IMG/VR virus record: IMGVR_UViG_3300021399_000034
Span: 1-41,484 of that record
DNA from: a virus
Direction: 5' to 3' (one strand)
DNA: 41,484 bases
In this document: positions 1 to 8,064 of the stretch, one piece after another
Layout: each line of letters begins with the position of its first letter
Position numbering within the stretch: the stretch's first letter is position 1
Position numbers and translations under genes: made by a program
Notes under the pieces: generated by a model
Seen by the model: only the letters and a program-made list of their open reading frames with translations
Told to the model about the DNA's origin: nothing
The model's database searches: none

Positions 1-117
1 GTACATGATAGTAATCTACACTCAGAACAGGCAAGCGGTCTGGAACTTCGCGGACATATCGCGGTTCCATGTAACTGGCAATGGGACGGGGATACAGGCG
101 GTGGCAAAAAACGGAGC
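1..117. repeat. Left copy of an exact 117-bp terminal direct repeat (assembly overlap of a circular or permuted genome, or a short DTR)
   Basis: 1-117 read by eye is identical to 41368-41484 (gtacatgatagtaatctacac...ggcaaaaaacggagc). Confidence 0.9.
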
Positions 118-184
118 CGGTGGCGAATCAAAAGAGTCCACCTACATAACGCCAAAGGCTCTGCTGAATCCCGTGGGGCCATAA
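5..184 (+). CDS. Hypothetical small protein (59 aa)
   Basis: ATG at 5, TAA at 182-184, MIVIYTQNRQAVWNF...LLNPVGP. It is one residue below the ORF-track cutoff. Its start lies in the terminal repeat, so on the circle it follows 40761..41348. The SD is weak and G-rich, and no family was recognised. Confidence 0.3.
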   Translation: MIVIYTQNRQAVWNFADISRFHVTGNGTGIQAVAKNGAGGESKESTYITPKALLNPVGP

Positions 185-213
185 AAAACTGCGCGGAAGG
201 CTGTTGTTAGCTA

Positions 214-242
214 TTTACATTACTACTGTATCGTAGTATTAT
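214..242 (+). promoter_or_regulatory. Sigma-70-type promoter P1 for the SNF2/IbrAB island
   Basis: TTTACA (214-219), a 17-nt spacer, then TATTAT (237-242), 34 nt upstream of the ATG at 276. Confidence 0.6.
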
Positions 243-251
243 AGTCGTAGA

Positions 252-263
252 GGGGATATCCCC
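252..263. promoter_or_regulatory. Perfect 12-bp palindrome GGGGATATCCCC (operator or 5'-UTR hairpin)
   Basis: It lies between the -10 box and the SD AAGGAGG (264-270). It is one of only three GGGG-N4-CCCC sites I found in the window, and all three are intergenic. Confidence 0.4.
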
Positions 264-275
264 AAGGAGGTAAAT

Positions 276-1532
276 ATGGCACACTACACAGTCAAATTCG
301 CATGCGGACACACTGCAGAAATTCAGCTTTTCGGGAAAGAGTCCGAAAGGCAAGGAAAAATAAAATATTTGGAAGAAAGCGGGATGTGCCCATCCTGCTA
401 CAAAAAGCAGCAGGAGGAAGCCAAGAAGGCAGCTGAAGCGCAGGCAGCAGCTGAGGCCAGCGAAATGGGGCTTCCGGAGCTGACAGGGTCCGAGAAGCAG
501 GTCGTGTGGGCGACCAAAATAAGAAACGGGCTGATGGAAAGCATCAGCAAGATGCAAGATGCAGCATTTAAGATCATCGAAAACGCTAAGGAAACCGGGA
601 AGCACCAGGATGATCTGCCGAGAGTAGAAAAGGCCATCGAGTTCCTGAATGCCTGCGAGAAGGTTGCCGGAACTGAAACGTCCGCAGCGGCGTTCATTGA
701 CTGGCGGTTTGACCTGGATGTCCGCCGCCTGCTGGCGGTCCGCGAGGCAGAGGACGAGGCCATCAAATCCGGGAAAGATATGCAGCAGTATGGCGGATTT
801 TTCGTAGCAGTTTTAAAAATCCTGTACCCCGCAACCGGTGAAACCGAACAGGCTGTTGAATCCGGCCAGACCGTTGAGATCACCAAGGATGTAACATTGG
901 CGCCGGAAAAGAAAACAACAGACGCCCTGGCAGCAGTTACATACACGGATGACCGCGTTGATGTTTCGTCCCCGAAAGATTACACGGTCATGCAGGCCGT
1001 CAAGGCTGCCGGTTTCCGCTGGACTGGATCGGACTGGGAAATGCGGATCAGCGTAACAACTGGTTCATCAACTGACCGTGCGGCAGAAATTGCAAATAAA
1101 TTGCTGGCGGCCGGTGTGCAGGTTCGTGTCCCTGCGGAGATTCAGAAAGTAGCTGTCGATGGAAATTACACGCCGCGTTGCACGCGGTGGGTTATCAGGC
1201 TTACTAGCGACGCAGAACATGTATATGTGCTCTGGGGGCGCAATGAAAACTGGTATGAAAAAGTAAAATGCATCAGTGGAGCAAAGTGGATGCACGATTT
1301 ACACTATATGTGCATCCCAACATCTTCGGCTGACGAAGTGGAAGATTTCGCGAAGCTCAATGGATTTCAGATCTCTGCAGGAGCTAAATCACTGATAAAT
1401 AATTATAGAGAAAAAGTAAAAATCGTTATTCCGGCAACGGCACCAATAGAAAAAACGCAAAGCGAAGCAAATGGCCTTAAGAATATATTGAATTCTTCCC
1501 GTGATGTAATTGAGGACTTAAAGGATGATTAA
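276..1532 (+). CDS. Zinc-ribbon protein of unknown function (418 aa), first gene of the SNF2/IbrAB operon
   Basis: Long ORF with a strong SD. The N-terminus has CGH...CPSC Cys pairs, followed by an Ala/Glu-rich linker and the motif GSEKQVVWATKIR. No family was recognised. Confidence 0.8.
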   Translation: MAHYTVKFACGHTAEIQLFGKESERQGKIKYLEESGMCPSCYKKQQEEAKKAAEAQAAAEASEMGLPELTGSEKQVVWATKIRNGLMESISKMQDAAFKIIENAKETGKHQDDLPRVEKAIEFLNACEKVAGTETSAAAFIDWRFDLDVRRLLAVREAEDEAIKSGKDMQQYGGFFVAVLKILYPATGETEQAVESGQTVEITKDVTLAPEKKTTDALAAVTYTDDRVDVSSPKDYTVMQAVKAAGFRWTGSDWEMRISVTTGSSTDRAAEIANKLLAAGVQVRVPAEIQKVAVDGNYTPRCTRWVIRLTSDAEHVYVLWGRNENWYEKVKCISGAKWMHDLHYMCIPTSSADEVEDFAKLNGFQISAGAKSLINNYREKVKIVIPATAPIEKTQSEANGLKNILNSSRDVIEDLKDD

Positions 1533-2946
1533 AATGAAAACGCTCACCGCCCTGCTCCCCTATCAGGAGCAGGCGGTTGAAAAACTCAAGCACCTGAAAA
1601 TTGGTGCCCTGTATATGGAAATGGGCACTGGGAAAACAAGAACGGCGCTGGAGCTGATCCGGATTCGCCTGGATGCCGGAAAAATCGACCGTGTCCTGTG
1701 GCTGTGCCCATGCAACATAAAATCCGACATCCGGCGCGGTATCCGGGAGCATTCAAACCTGGACGATATCGGTATTCTGGATATCGTGGGGATTGAAACC
1801 CTGTCAACATCCGTCCGGGAATGCAGCAGGCTTCTGGAACTTGTGGAGAAGCATAACGTTTACCTGATCGTGGATGAATCATCCCTGGTCAAGAATCATG
1901 CTGCCCTGCGCACGATCCATATTCAGCAGCTGGCTGACAGCTGCCAGTACAAGCTAATACTGAACGGCACGCCGATCAGCCGTAATGAGGCTGACTTGTA
2001 CGCTCAGTGGTACATTCTCGACTGGAGGATACTGGGGTACAAATCTTATTACAGCTTTTGTCGCAACCATCTGGAGATTGATGATCGCGGGAGAATCCGA
2101 AGAGTACTAAACACGGATTATCTCGCCGAAAAGGTTGGCCCGTACACCTATCAAATTAAGAAGGCCGATTGTTTCAAGCTTCCCGAAAAAAATCATCACA
2201 CAATATTCTGCGATCTGACTACACAGCAGGATAAAAACTATGACTATGTTTTAGACAAACTGCTTACAAGCCTTGATGAGATGTCAAACACCGCGATATA
2301 TCAGCTGTTTGGAGCATTGCAGGCTGTAGTATCTGGATATGAGATTAAGATTGCTTATTCGGGGTGGCATCCTCATGCAATCCGATGCAAATACATGGAC
2401 AACCCGGAAGATAACCCAAGACTTTCAGCTCTGTTATCATGCCTCGAAGGCAATAATGATAAAACCATAATTTTTTGTCAGTACACTGACGAGATCGAAA
2501 CAACCACACGCCTGATCCGCGCGAGTGGCCGATCCGCAGTGCAATTTTATGGCGAAATGAGCGCGGCCAAGCGGAATGCCGCGATTGACGCATTCCGCGG
2601 TGATACACAGTATTTCGTAGCAAATAAATCCTGTGGAGCCTTCGGGCTGAACCTCCAGTTCTGCCACAAGATTATCTTCTACTCGCATGACTGGGATTGG
2701 GGCACAAGGGCGCAGGCGGAGGATCGTGTACACCGTCTGGGGCAGATTCATGATGTTGATATCACTGATATATGCATGGAAGATTCTATAGATATCCAAA
2801 TTTTGAAATGTCTTGAAAAAAAGGAGAACCTCGCCGATGCGTTTAAACGAGACGTAGCTAATCTTCAAAAATCCGATTTAATAGCTTACTTCCGTGGAAA
2901 AGAGGTGAAAAATGGAAAAGATTTATCAAAAAGAAAATGTGTATGA
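1525..2946 (+). CDS. SNF2/SWI2-family (SF2) DNA-dependent ATPase/helicase
   Basis: Motifs MGTGKTRTA (I), VDESSLVKN (II), LNGTPISRN (III) and QAEDRVHRLGQ (VI). It overlaps the upstream stop. An alternative start at ATG 1534 has better SD spacing. Confidence 0.88.
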   Translation: MIKMKTLTALLPYQEQAVEKLKHLKIGALYMEMGTGKTRTALELIRIRLDAGKIDRVLWLCPCNIKSDIRRGIREHSNLDDIGILDIVGIETLSTSVRECSRLLELVEKHNVYLIVDESSLVKNHAALRTIHIQQLADSCQYKLILNGTPISRNEADLYAQWYILDWRILGYKSYYSFCRNHLEIDDRGRIRRVLNTDYLAEKVGPYTYQIKKADCFKLPEKNHHTIFCDLTTQQDKNYDYVLDKLLTSLDEMSNTAIYQLFGALQAVVSGYEIKIAYSGWHPHAIRCKYMDNPEDNPRLSALLSCLEGNNDKTIIFCQYTDEIETTTRLIRASGRSAVQFYGEMSAAKRNAAIDAFRGDTQYFVANKSCGAFGLNLQFCHKIIFYSHDWDWGTRAQAEDRVHRLGQIHDVDITDICMEDSIDIQILKCLEKKENLADAFKRDVANLQKSDLIAYFRGKEVKNGKDLSKRKCV

Positions 2947-4237
2947 AGCTACGCAAGAAAGGCTGTCATACGTTTTTAGAGAGTTTGAAAACATCGTTAT
3001 CGCGTTCTCCGGTGGTAAAGATTCCGGACTACTCTTCCATCTCGTATTGCAATATATGGACCGGCATGAAGTTCACAAGCGAATTGCTTTACTGCATCAA
3101 GACTTCGAGGCTGAGTACGCGGAAACAGCCAATTATGTTGAAAAGGTATTCTCAGAATCTCCTGAATTTGTAAATAGATATTGGCTATGCTTACCGATGG
3201 CGGTTCGAAATGGGATGTCTACGTATGAACCATACTGGTACCCGTGGCACCCAGATCAGAAAGAAATCTGGGTAAGAAAGATGCCGTATTATCCATATGT
3301 GGTTACAGAGGAGAATGCGCCGTGGTTTACCAGAGGCATGACCGATCCGCAGACGCAGCACGCCTTCGGGATGTGGTATAGGGACAATCACCCCGGGAAA
3401 ACAATCATCCTGTTGGGCCTGCGGGCACAGGAATCGCTACATCGATACAGCGCGATTGCAAATAAACGCCACGCGTATGATGGCAAACAGTGGATCACGA
3501 ATGACGCCAAGAACCTATATTCGGCCTCCCCGATCTATGACTGGGAGACAGAGGATGTATGGACTGCATATGGAAAATTCGGTTTCCCATACAACAAATT
3601 GTATGACCTGTACTACAAGGCCGGGGTGAAGCTGGACGATATGCGTGTCGCGTCGCCGTTTATCGAATTTGCAGCGGATTCACTAAACCTGTATCGGGTG
3701 ATAGAACCTGATACATGGGCACGCGTTGTTGGGCGCGTAAACGGCGCCAATTTCGGTTCAATTTATGGCAGGACAAAGGCAATGGGATATAAACAGATCA
3801 CGCTCCCACCTGGACATACCTGGAAATCCTACACGCTATACCTGTTAAATACCCTACCACCTGATCTGCGTGAACATTATGTGCAAATTTTTCGGACGTC
3901 TGCAAAATTCTGGAGGGACACCGGGGGCGGGTTCTCCGAAGACGTGATCAAAGACATTAAAGACCACGGCTACAATATCCGTAAAAATGGGGTATCGAAT
4001 TTCTCCAAAGATAGCAAACAGCGGATCGTGTTTAACCAGGAAATCCCCGACGACACGGATGATGTGACCAGCACACAGGATATCCCGTCATGGAAACGGA
4101 TGTGCTATTGCATTTTAAAGAATGATTATCTGTGCAGGTTTATGGGATTCGGTCCGACAAAGATCGAGGCGCAGAGGATAAAGGCGATAAAGCAAAAATA
4201 TGCCGCGATTGCGCGGCCAAGGAGGAAATCAAAATGA
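2912..4237 (+). CDS. IbrA-like PAPS-reductase/PP-loop ATP-pyrophosphatase family protein
   Basis: PP-loop AFSGGKDSGLL (SGGKDS encoded at 3008-3025). At 441 aa it has a long C-terminal extension like IbrA. The stop overlaps the next start as ATGA (4234-4237). Confidence 0.8.
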   Translation: MEKIYQKENVYEATQERLSYVFREFENIVIAFSGGKDSGLLFHLVLQYMDRHEVHKRIALLHQDFEAEYAETANYVEKVFSESPEFVNRYWLCLPMAVRNGMSTYEPYWYPWHPDQKEIWVRKMPYYPYVVTEENAPWFTRGMTDPQTQHAFGMWYRDNHPGKTIILLGLRAQESLHRYSAIANKRHAYDGKQWITNDAKNLYSASPIYDWETEDVWTAYGKFGFPYNKLYDLYYKAGVKLDDMRVASPFIEFAADSLNLYRVIEPDTWARVVGRVNGANFGSIYGRTKAMGYKQITLPPGHTWKSYTLYLLNTLPPDLREHYVQIFRTSAKFWRDTGGGFSEDVIKDIKDHGYNIRKNGVSNFSKDSKQRIVFNQEIPDDTDDVTSTQDIPSWKRMCYCILKNDYLCRFMGFGPTKIEAQRIKAIKQKYAAIARPRRKSK

Positions 4238-4779
4238 ACAAATGGCAATCACCTGCATATGGAGTGCTCCCGGTTCCGATCGAGAAGATCAGGGCAAACG
4301 AATACAACCCGAATCACGTCGCACCGCCTGAAATGCGGTTGCTGTATGATAGCATCAAAGAGGATGGCTACACCATGCCGATCGTCTGCTACTACAATGC
4401 AGACGATGACATGTACGAAATCGTGGACGGGTTCCACAGGTATCAGACCATGCTGGACCACAAAGATATCTATGAGCGCGAGCATGGTATGTTGCCTGTG
4501 TCAGTAATCGACAAGCCGATTGACGAGCGGATGGCATCTACTATCCGTCACAACCGCGCCAGGGGATCCCACGATGTAGACCTGATGTCCGGCATCGTAG
4601 CGGAGCTGCACAAAATCGGCCGGTCGGATGCGTGGCTGGCTAAACATCTGGGCATGGACATGGATGAAATTCTGCGGCTGAAACAGCTCACCGGCCTGGC
4701 CGACCTGTACAAGGACAGGGAATTTTCCAAATCGTGGGAACCTGGGGAGGAGGTTACCGATGTTGATATCACTGGCTGA
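4234..4779 (+). CDS. IbrB-like ParB/Srx N-terminal-domain protein
   Basis: Internal ATG with SD AAGGAGGA. Motifs IRANEYNPNHV, IVDGFHRY and IRHNRARG are typical of the ParB-like nuclease/NTPase domain. It is translationally coupled to the IbrA-like gene. Confidence 0.78.
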   Translation: MNKWQSPAYGVLPVPIEKIRANEYNPNHVAPPEMRLLYDSIKEDGYTMPIVCYYNADDDMYEIVDGFHRYQTMLDHKDIYEREHGMLPVSVIDKPIDERMASTIRHNRARGSHDVDLMSGIVAELHKIGRSDAWLAKHLGMDMDEILRLKQLTGLADLYKDREFSKSWEPGEEVTDVDITG

Positions 4780-4945
4780 ATATGCGGAAATCTACGGTCG
4801 CGATCCGGCCACGGTAAGGCAGATGGCGCTGCGCGGCGGGTTTCAAACCGCGCGGAAAATAGGTAGAAATTGGGTAATTGAAGATTCGGAAGAGTATCCG
4901 GATCATAGAAAGAGAGGAGGAAAAAATGCAGATAAGCAGTTATGA
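4760..4945 (+). CDS. Small helix-turn-helix DNA-binding protein (excisionase/MerR-like HTH_17 type)
   Basis: 61 aa, SD GGAGGAGG, sequence ISLAEYAEIYGRDPATVRQMALRGG...GRNWVI. It overlaps the end of the IbrB-like gene. Confidence 0.6.
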   Translation: MLISLAEYAEIYGRDPATVRQMALRGGFQTARKIGRNWVIEDSEEYPDHRKRGGKNADKQL

Positions 4946-5060
4946 GGTTGGCAAAAAATATCCCAGCGCCATTTTGCATCAAGACGAAATAAAATTTGAT
5001 ATCACTGATGGCGGTGCAATCATTCCGAGCATGATTGTCATATTTGATAACAGGAGGTAA
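4926..5060 (+). CDS. Hypothetical small protein (44 aa), possibly a gene fragment
   Basis: ATG at 4926 preceded by a strong SD GAGGAGG, MQISSYEVGKKYPSAILHQDEIKF... The longer ORF-track version from 4878 lacks an SD. Confidence 0.3.
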   Translation: MQISSYEVGKKYPSAILHQDEIKFDITDGGAIIPSMIVIFDNRR

Positions 5061-5069
5061 TAAGAGATA

Positions 5070-5150
5070 ATGGCTAATGAACAGAATTTATTAAAAGGCG
5101 ACGAAGCGCATAAATTTACCCCCGAAGAAGCCTCGAAAGGCAGAAAGTGA
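5070..5150 (+). pseudogene. Truncated 5' remnant of a small-terminase gene (26 codons)
   Basis: MANEQNLLKGDEAHKFTPEEASKGRK* aligns with the N-terminus of the intact terS at 6388 (MAKKEDNLVKGDEAHKLTVEEQSKGGK...). Nucleotide similarity is also visible (aaaggcgacgaagcgcataaa versus aaaggcgatgaagcacataaa). Confidence 0.7.
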
Positions 5151-5160
5151 GACATAGCAA

Positions 5161-6387
5161 ATGGATAATATCAAGATAGAATATTTGCCCATAAAGGATT
5201 TAAAACCATACGAGCGTAACGCAAAGAAGCATGACGAAACACAGATTAAAAATGTGATGGAGTCAATTAAACAGTTCGGATTCGCACAACCATTGGTAGT
5301 TGATAAAGATAATGTTTTGATTATCGGTCATTGCAGATTAATCGCAAGTAAAAGATTGAAATTGAAAGAAGTTCCTGTTGTCCGTATGGATGAATTAACG
5401 CAGGAGCAGGTCGATAAATTAAGATTACTTGACAATAAGCTCAATGAAAGCGAATGGGATTTTGATTTACTTGCAGAAGATATTCCAACGCTTGATTTTA
5501 GCGATTTTGATATTGATTGGGGATTGTCCGAAGATATAGAAGAAAACACAGAAATCGAGGAAGATGAAGCGCCCGAACCACCAACAGAGCCAAAGGCAAA
5601 ATTAGGCGATTTGTATATGTTGGGAAATTCCCACCGCCTTATTTGTGGAGATTCTACGGATGTTGCGGTTATTGATAGGCTTATGGATGGGGTAAAGGCT
5701 AAACTACTTCTGACAGACCCACCGTATGGTATAAGTGTTGTATCTATTGACAAGAAGGTTGGTGGTGATAAACCATTTGGCAGTAAAGGCAAGGTTGGCT
5801 ATGGTCAAAAAGGGAAAAATAAAATACTTGATTGTAACGAATACGCTCCGATTATAGGGGATGATACAACCGATACAGCAAGAGCAAATTATGATGTCGC
5901 TTTGACTTGCACAGAAAATCAGATTATATTCGGCGGAAATTATTTCACAGACTTTTTGCCGCCGTCAAGGTGTTGGATTGTTTGGGATAAACAGAACACA
6001 GGAAATTTTGCTGATGCAGAATTGGCGTGGACTTCTTTTGATAAAGGTGTGAGGTTATATCATTTCTTGTGGAATGGCTTATGCCGTGAGGGTAGCAGAG
6101 AAGTAGAGGGTAAAACAAGAGTACATCCGACACAAAAGCCTGTCGGTATGCTTGCAGACATACTGAAGGATTTTTCAGAAGAAAACGACAGCGTTCTTGA
6201 TTGTTTCGGCGGTAGTGGTAGCACACTAATAGCCTGTGAGCAGTTAAACAGAAAATGCTATATGTGCGAAATTTCCCCACAATATATTGACGTAATCATT
6301 CAGCGTTACATAAATCTAAAAGGAACAGATAAAGACGTATTTTTGATAAGGGATGGACAGAAAATCCCCTACAATGAGGTTGAATAA
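5161..6387 (+). CDS. ParB-like N-terminal domain fused to a beta-class N6-adenine (or N4-cytosine) DNA methyltransferase
   Basis: The N-terminus has KPYERNAKKH and IIGHCRL (ParB-like). Motif IV is LLLTDPPYGI, followed by motif I LDCFGGSGST. An acidic linker lies between the domains. Confidence 0.88.
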   Translation: MDNIKIEYLPIKDLKPYERNAKKHDETQIKNVMESIKQFGFAQPLVVDKDNVLIIGHCRLIASKRLKLKEVPVVRMDELTQEQVDKLRLLDNKLNESEWDFDLLAEDIPTLDFSDFDIDWGLSEDIEENTEIEEDEAPEPPTEPKAKLGDLYMLGNSHRLICGDSTDVAVIDRLMDGVKAKLLLTDPPYGISVVSIDKKVGGDKPFGSKGKVGYGQKGKNKILDCNEYAPIIGDDTTDTARANYDVALTCTENQIIFGGNYFTDFLPPSRCWIVWDKQNTGNFADAELAWTSFDKGVRLYHFLWNGLCREGSREVEGKTRVHPTQKPVGMLADILKDFSEENDSVLDCFGGSGSTLIACEQLNRKCYMCEISPQYIDVIIQRYINLKGTDKDVFLIRDGQKIPYNEVE

Positions 6388-6741
6388 ATGGCAAAGAAAG
6401 AAGATAACCTTGTAAAAGGCGATGAAGCACATAAACTAACAGTCGAAGAACAGTCGAAAGGTGGAAAGGCATCAGCAGAAGCAAGGCGCAAGAAAAGAGA
6501 TTTACGTGAAGCCTTAGAAATGCTCTTAGAAAAGGATTTTAAAGATAAAAACGGCAATATATTAAGCGGTACAGAGGTAATCACAGCAAAGCTATTTGAA
6601 AAGGCATCAAAAGGCGATGTAAGAGCGTTTGAAACAATCAGAAGTACAGTAGGGCAAGACCCAGTGCAGAAAGTAATGATCGCAGAAGTAGACCAAAGCG
6701 TTATTGATGAGGTTGAAAGTGCTGTTTTGGGCGATGAATAA
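6388..6741 (+). CDS. terS: Terminase small subunit (putative)
   Basis: 117 aa, immediately upstream of terL. It has a basic KGGKASAEARRKKR motif. The start abuts the methylase stop (TAAATG). Confidence 0.6.
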   Translation: MAKKEDNLVKGDEAHKLTVEEQSKGGKASAEARRKKRDLREALEMLLEKDFKDKNGNILSGTEVITAKLFEKASKGDVRAFETIRSTVGQDPVQKVMIAEVDQSVIDEVESAVLGDE

Positions 6742-6777
6742 AGCAATGATTTATATTCTATTCCGAGGAAAGTTTAC

Positions 6778-8061
6778 ATGAATAGAAAACAGGCGATAGA
6801 TTTTCTGATAAATAATCCCGTCAAGTATGCACACATGTTGGGATTCACGAAGCTGATAGAGTTTCACAACGTTTGGATAAAACAAATGATTCAAAGCAAG
6901 GACGATAAGACGTTACAGGGCAGTCGCGGAATTTTCAAAACTACCTGTGTATCGGTTGCCCTTGCCTTGATTATTATATTGCTACCGAACAAAAGAACAT
7001 TGTTTATGCGTAAAACGGATAATGACATAAAAGAAGTCATAAAGCAGGTACAGAAGATTCTGCAAGACCCGCACACGCTATATTTTGTTCAATGTATTTA
7101 CGGCGTTAATCTGAAACTAACAGTACAATCCGCAACAGAGATAAGCACCAATTTAACAACGGATATAAAAGGAACATCACAGCTTGTTGGAATGGGTTGC
7201 GGCGCTTCATTAACAGGTAAGCACTTCGATTATATATTCACGGACGATATTGTTAATGTAAAAGACCGAGTAAGTAAAGCCGAAAGAGATGCAACAAAGC
7301 TGATTTATCAAGAGCTACAGAACATCAAGAACCGTGGCGGAAGAATATTTAATACAGGCACGCCGTGGCACCGCGACGATGCATTTTCAATTATGCCACC
7401 TGCTGAAAAATGGGATTGCTACAGGCCAGAGGTGAAACAGATAATATCTGATGAGGAATTAGCGGATATTAAATCTAAGATGCTACCGTCATTGTTTGCG
7501 GCTAACTATGAATTGCGACACATAGCAAGTGAAGATGTAATCTTTACAGACCCGATAACAGGCGGCAATCCTGCAATGTGTGAGCAAGGTTTAGCACATG
7601 TCGATGCGGCGTTTGGTGGTGAGGATTACACGGCATTTACGATTATGCGATATTACGACAAGAAGTATTATGTTCTTGGGAAGCTATGGAGAAAGCATGT
7701 AGAAGATTGCTATTCCAATATTTTTGACCTTTATAACAAACATTTGTGTGGTAAACTGTACACAGAAAAGAATGCCGATAAAGGTATGGTTGCAAGGGAC
7801 TTAAAGCGCATTGGCATCAGGGCAGTGCCTTATAACGAAAGCATGAATAAGCACATCAAGATTTCGACATATCTAAAGGTGATTTGGGCAAACGTGATTT
7901 TTGTCGAAGGTACTGATCCTGAGTACATAGAGCAGATTTTAGATTATACAGAAGATGCAGAACATGATGATGCTCCAGACAGCGCATCCGTTCTTGCAAG
8001 ACTGCTTTACAGGAAAACAGGTATCAAAGAAAAAGGCTACGCAGATTTTTTGGAGGGATAA
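6778..8061 (+). CDS. terL: Terminase large subunit
   Basis: Walker A-like GSRGIFKTT, Walker B IFTDDIV, NTGTPWH, and a nuclease-domain motif HVDAAFGGEDYTAF. It lies before the portal gene. Confidence 0.88.
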   Translation: MNRKQAIDFLINNPVKYAHMLGFTKLIEFHNVWIKQMIQSKDDKTLQGSRGIFKTTCVSVALALIIILLPNKRTLFMRKTDNDIKEVIKQVQKILQDPHTLYFVQCIYGVNLKLTVQSATEISTNLTTDIKGTSQLVGMGCGASLTGKHFDYIFTDDIVNVKDRVSKAERDATKLIYQELQNIKNRGGRIFNTGTPWHRDDAFSIMPPAEKWDCYRPEVKQIISDEELADIKSKMLPSLFAANYELRHIASEDVIFTDPITGGNPAMCEQGLAHVDAAFGGEDYTAFTIMRYYDKKYYVLGKLWRKHVEDCYSNIFDLYNKHLCGKLYTEKNADKGMVARDLKRIGIRAVPYNESMNKHIKISTYLKVIWANVIFVEGTDPEYIEQILDYTEDAEHDDAPDSASVLARLLYRKTGIKEKGYADFLEG

Positions 8062-8064
8062 AGA

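Noticed and set aside
398-946. 182-aa minus-strand ORF (with many similar 60-180-aa minus-strand ORFs throughout the track)
   Set aside because: These are antisense shadows of long + strand genes. None has an SD, a promoter or a recognisable domain.
4132-4233. The longer upstream starts offered by the ORF track (4132, 25041, 25539, 25831, 27456, 22586)
   Set aside because: Each extension overlaps the preceding gene or a terminator and lacks an SD. In every case an internal ATG with a good SD gives a product that begins at the recognisable domain.
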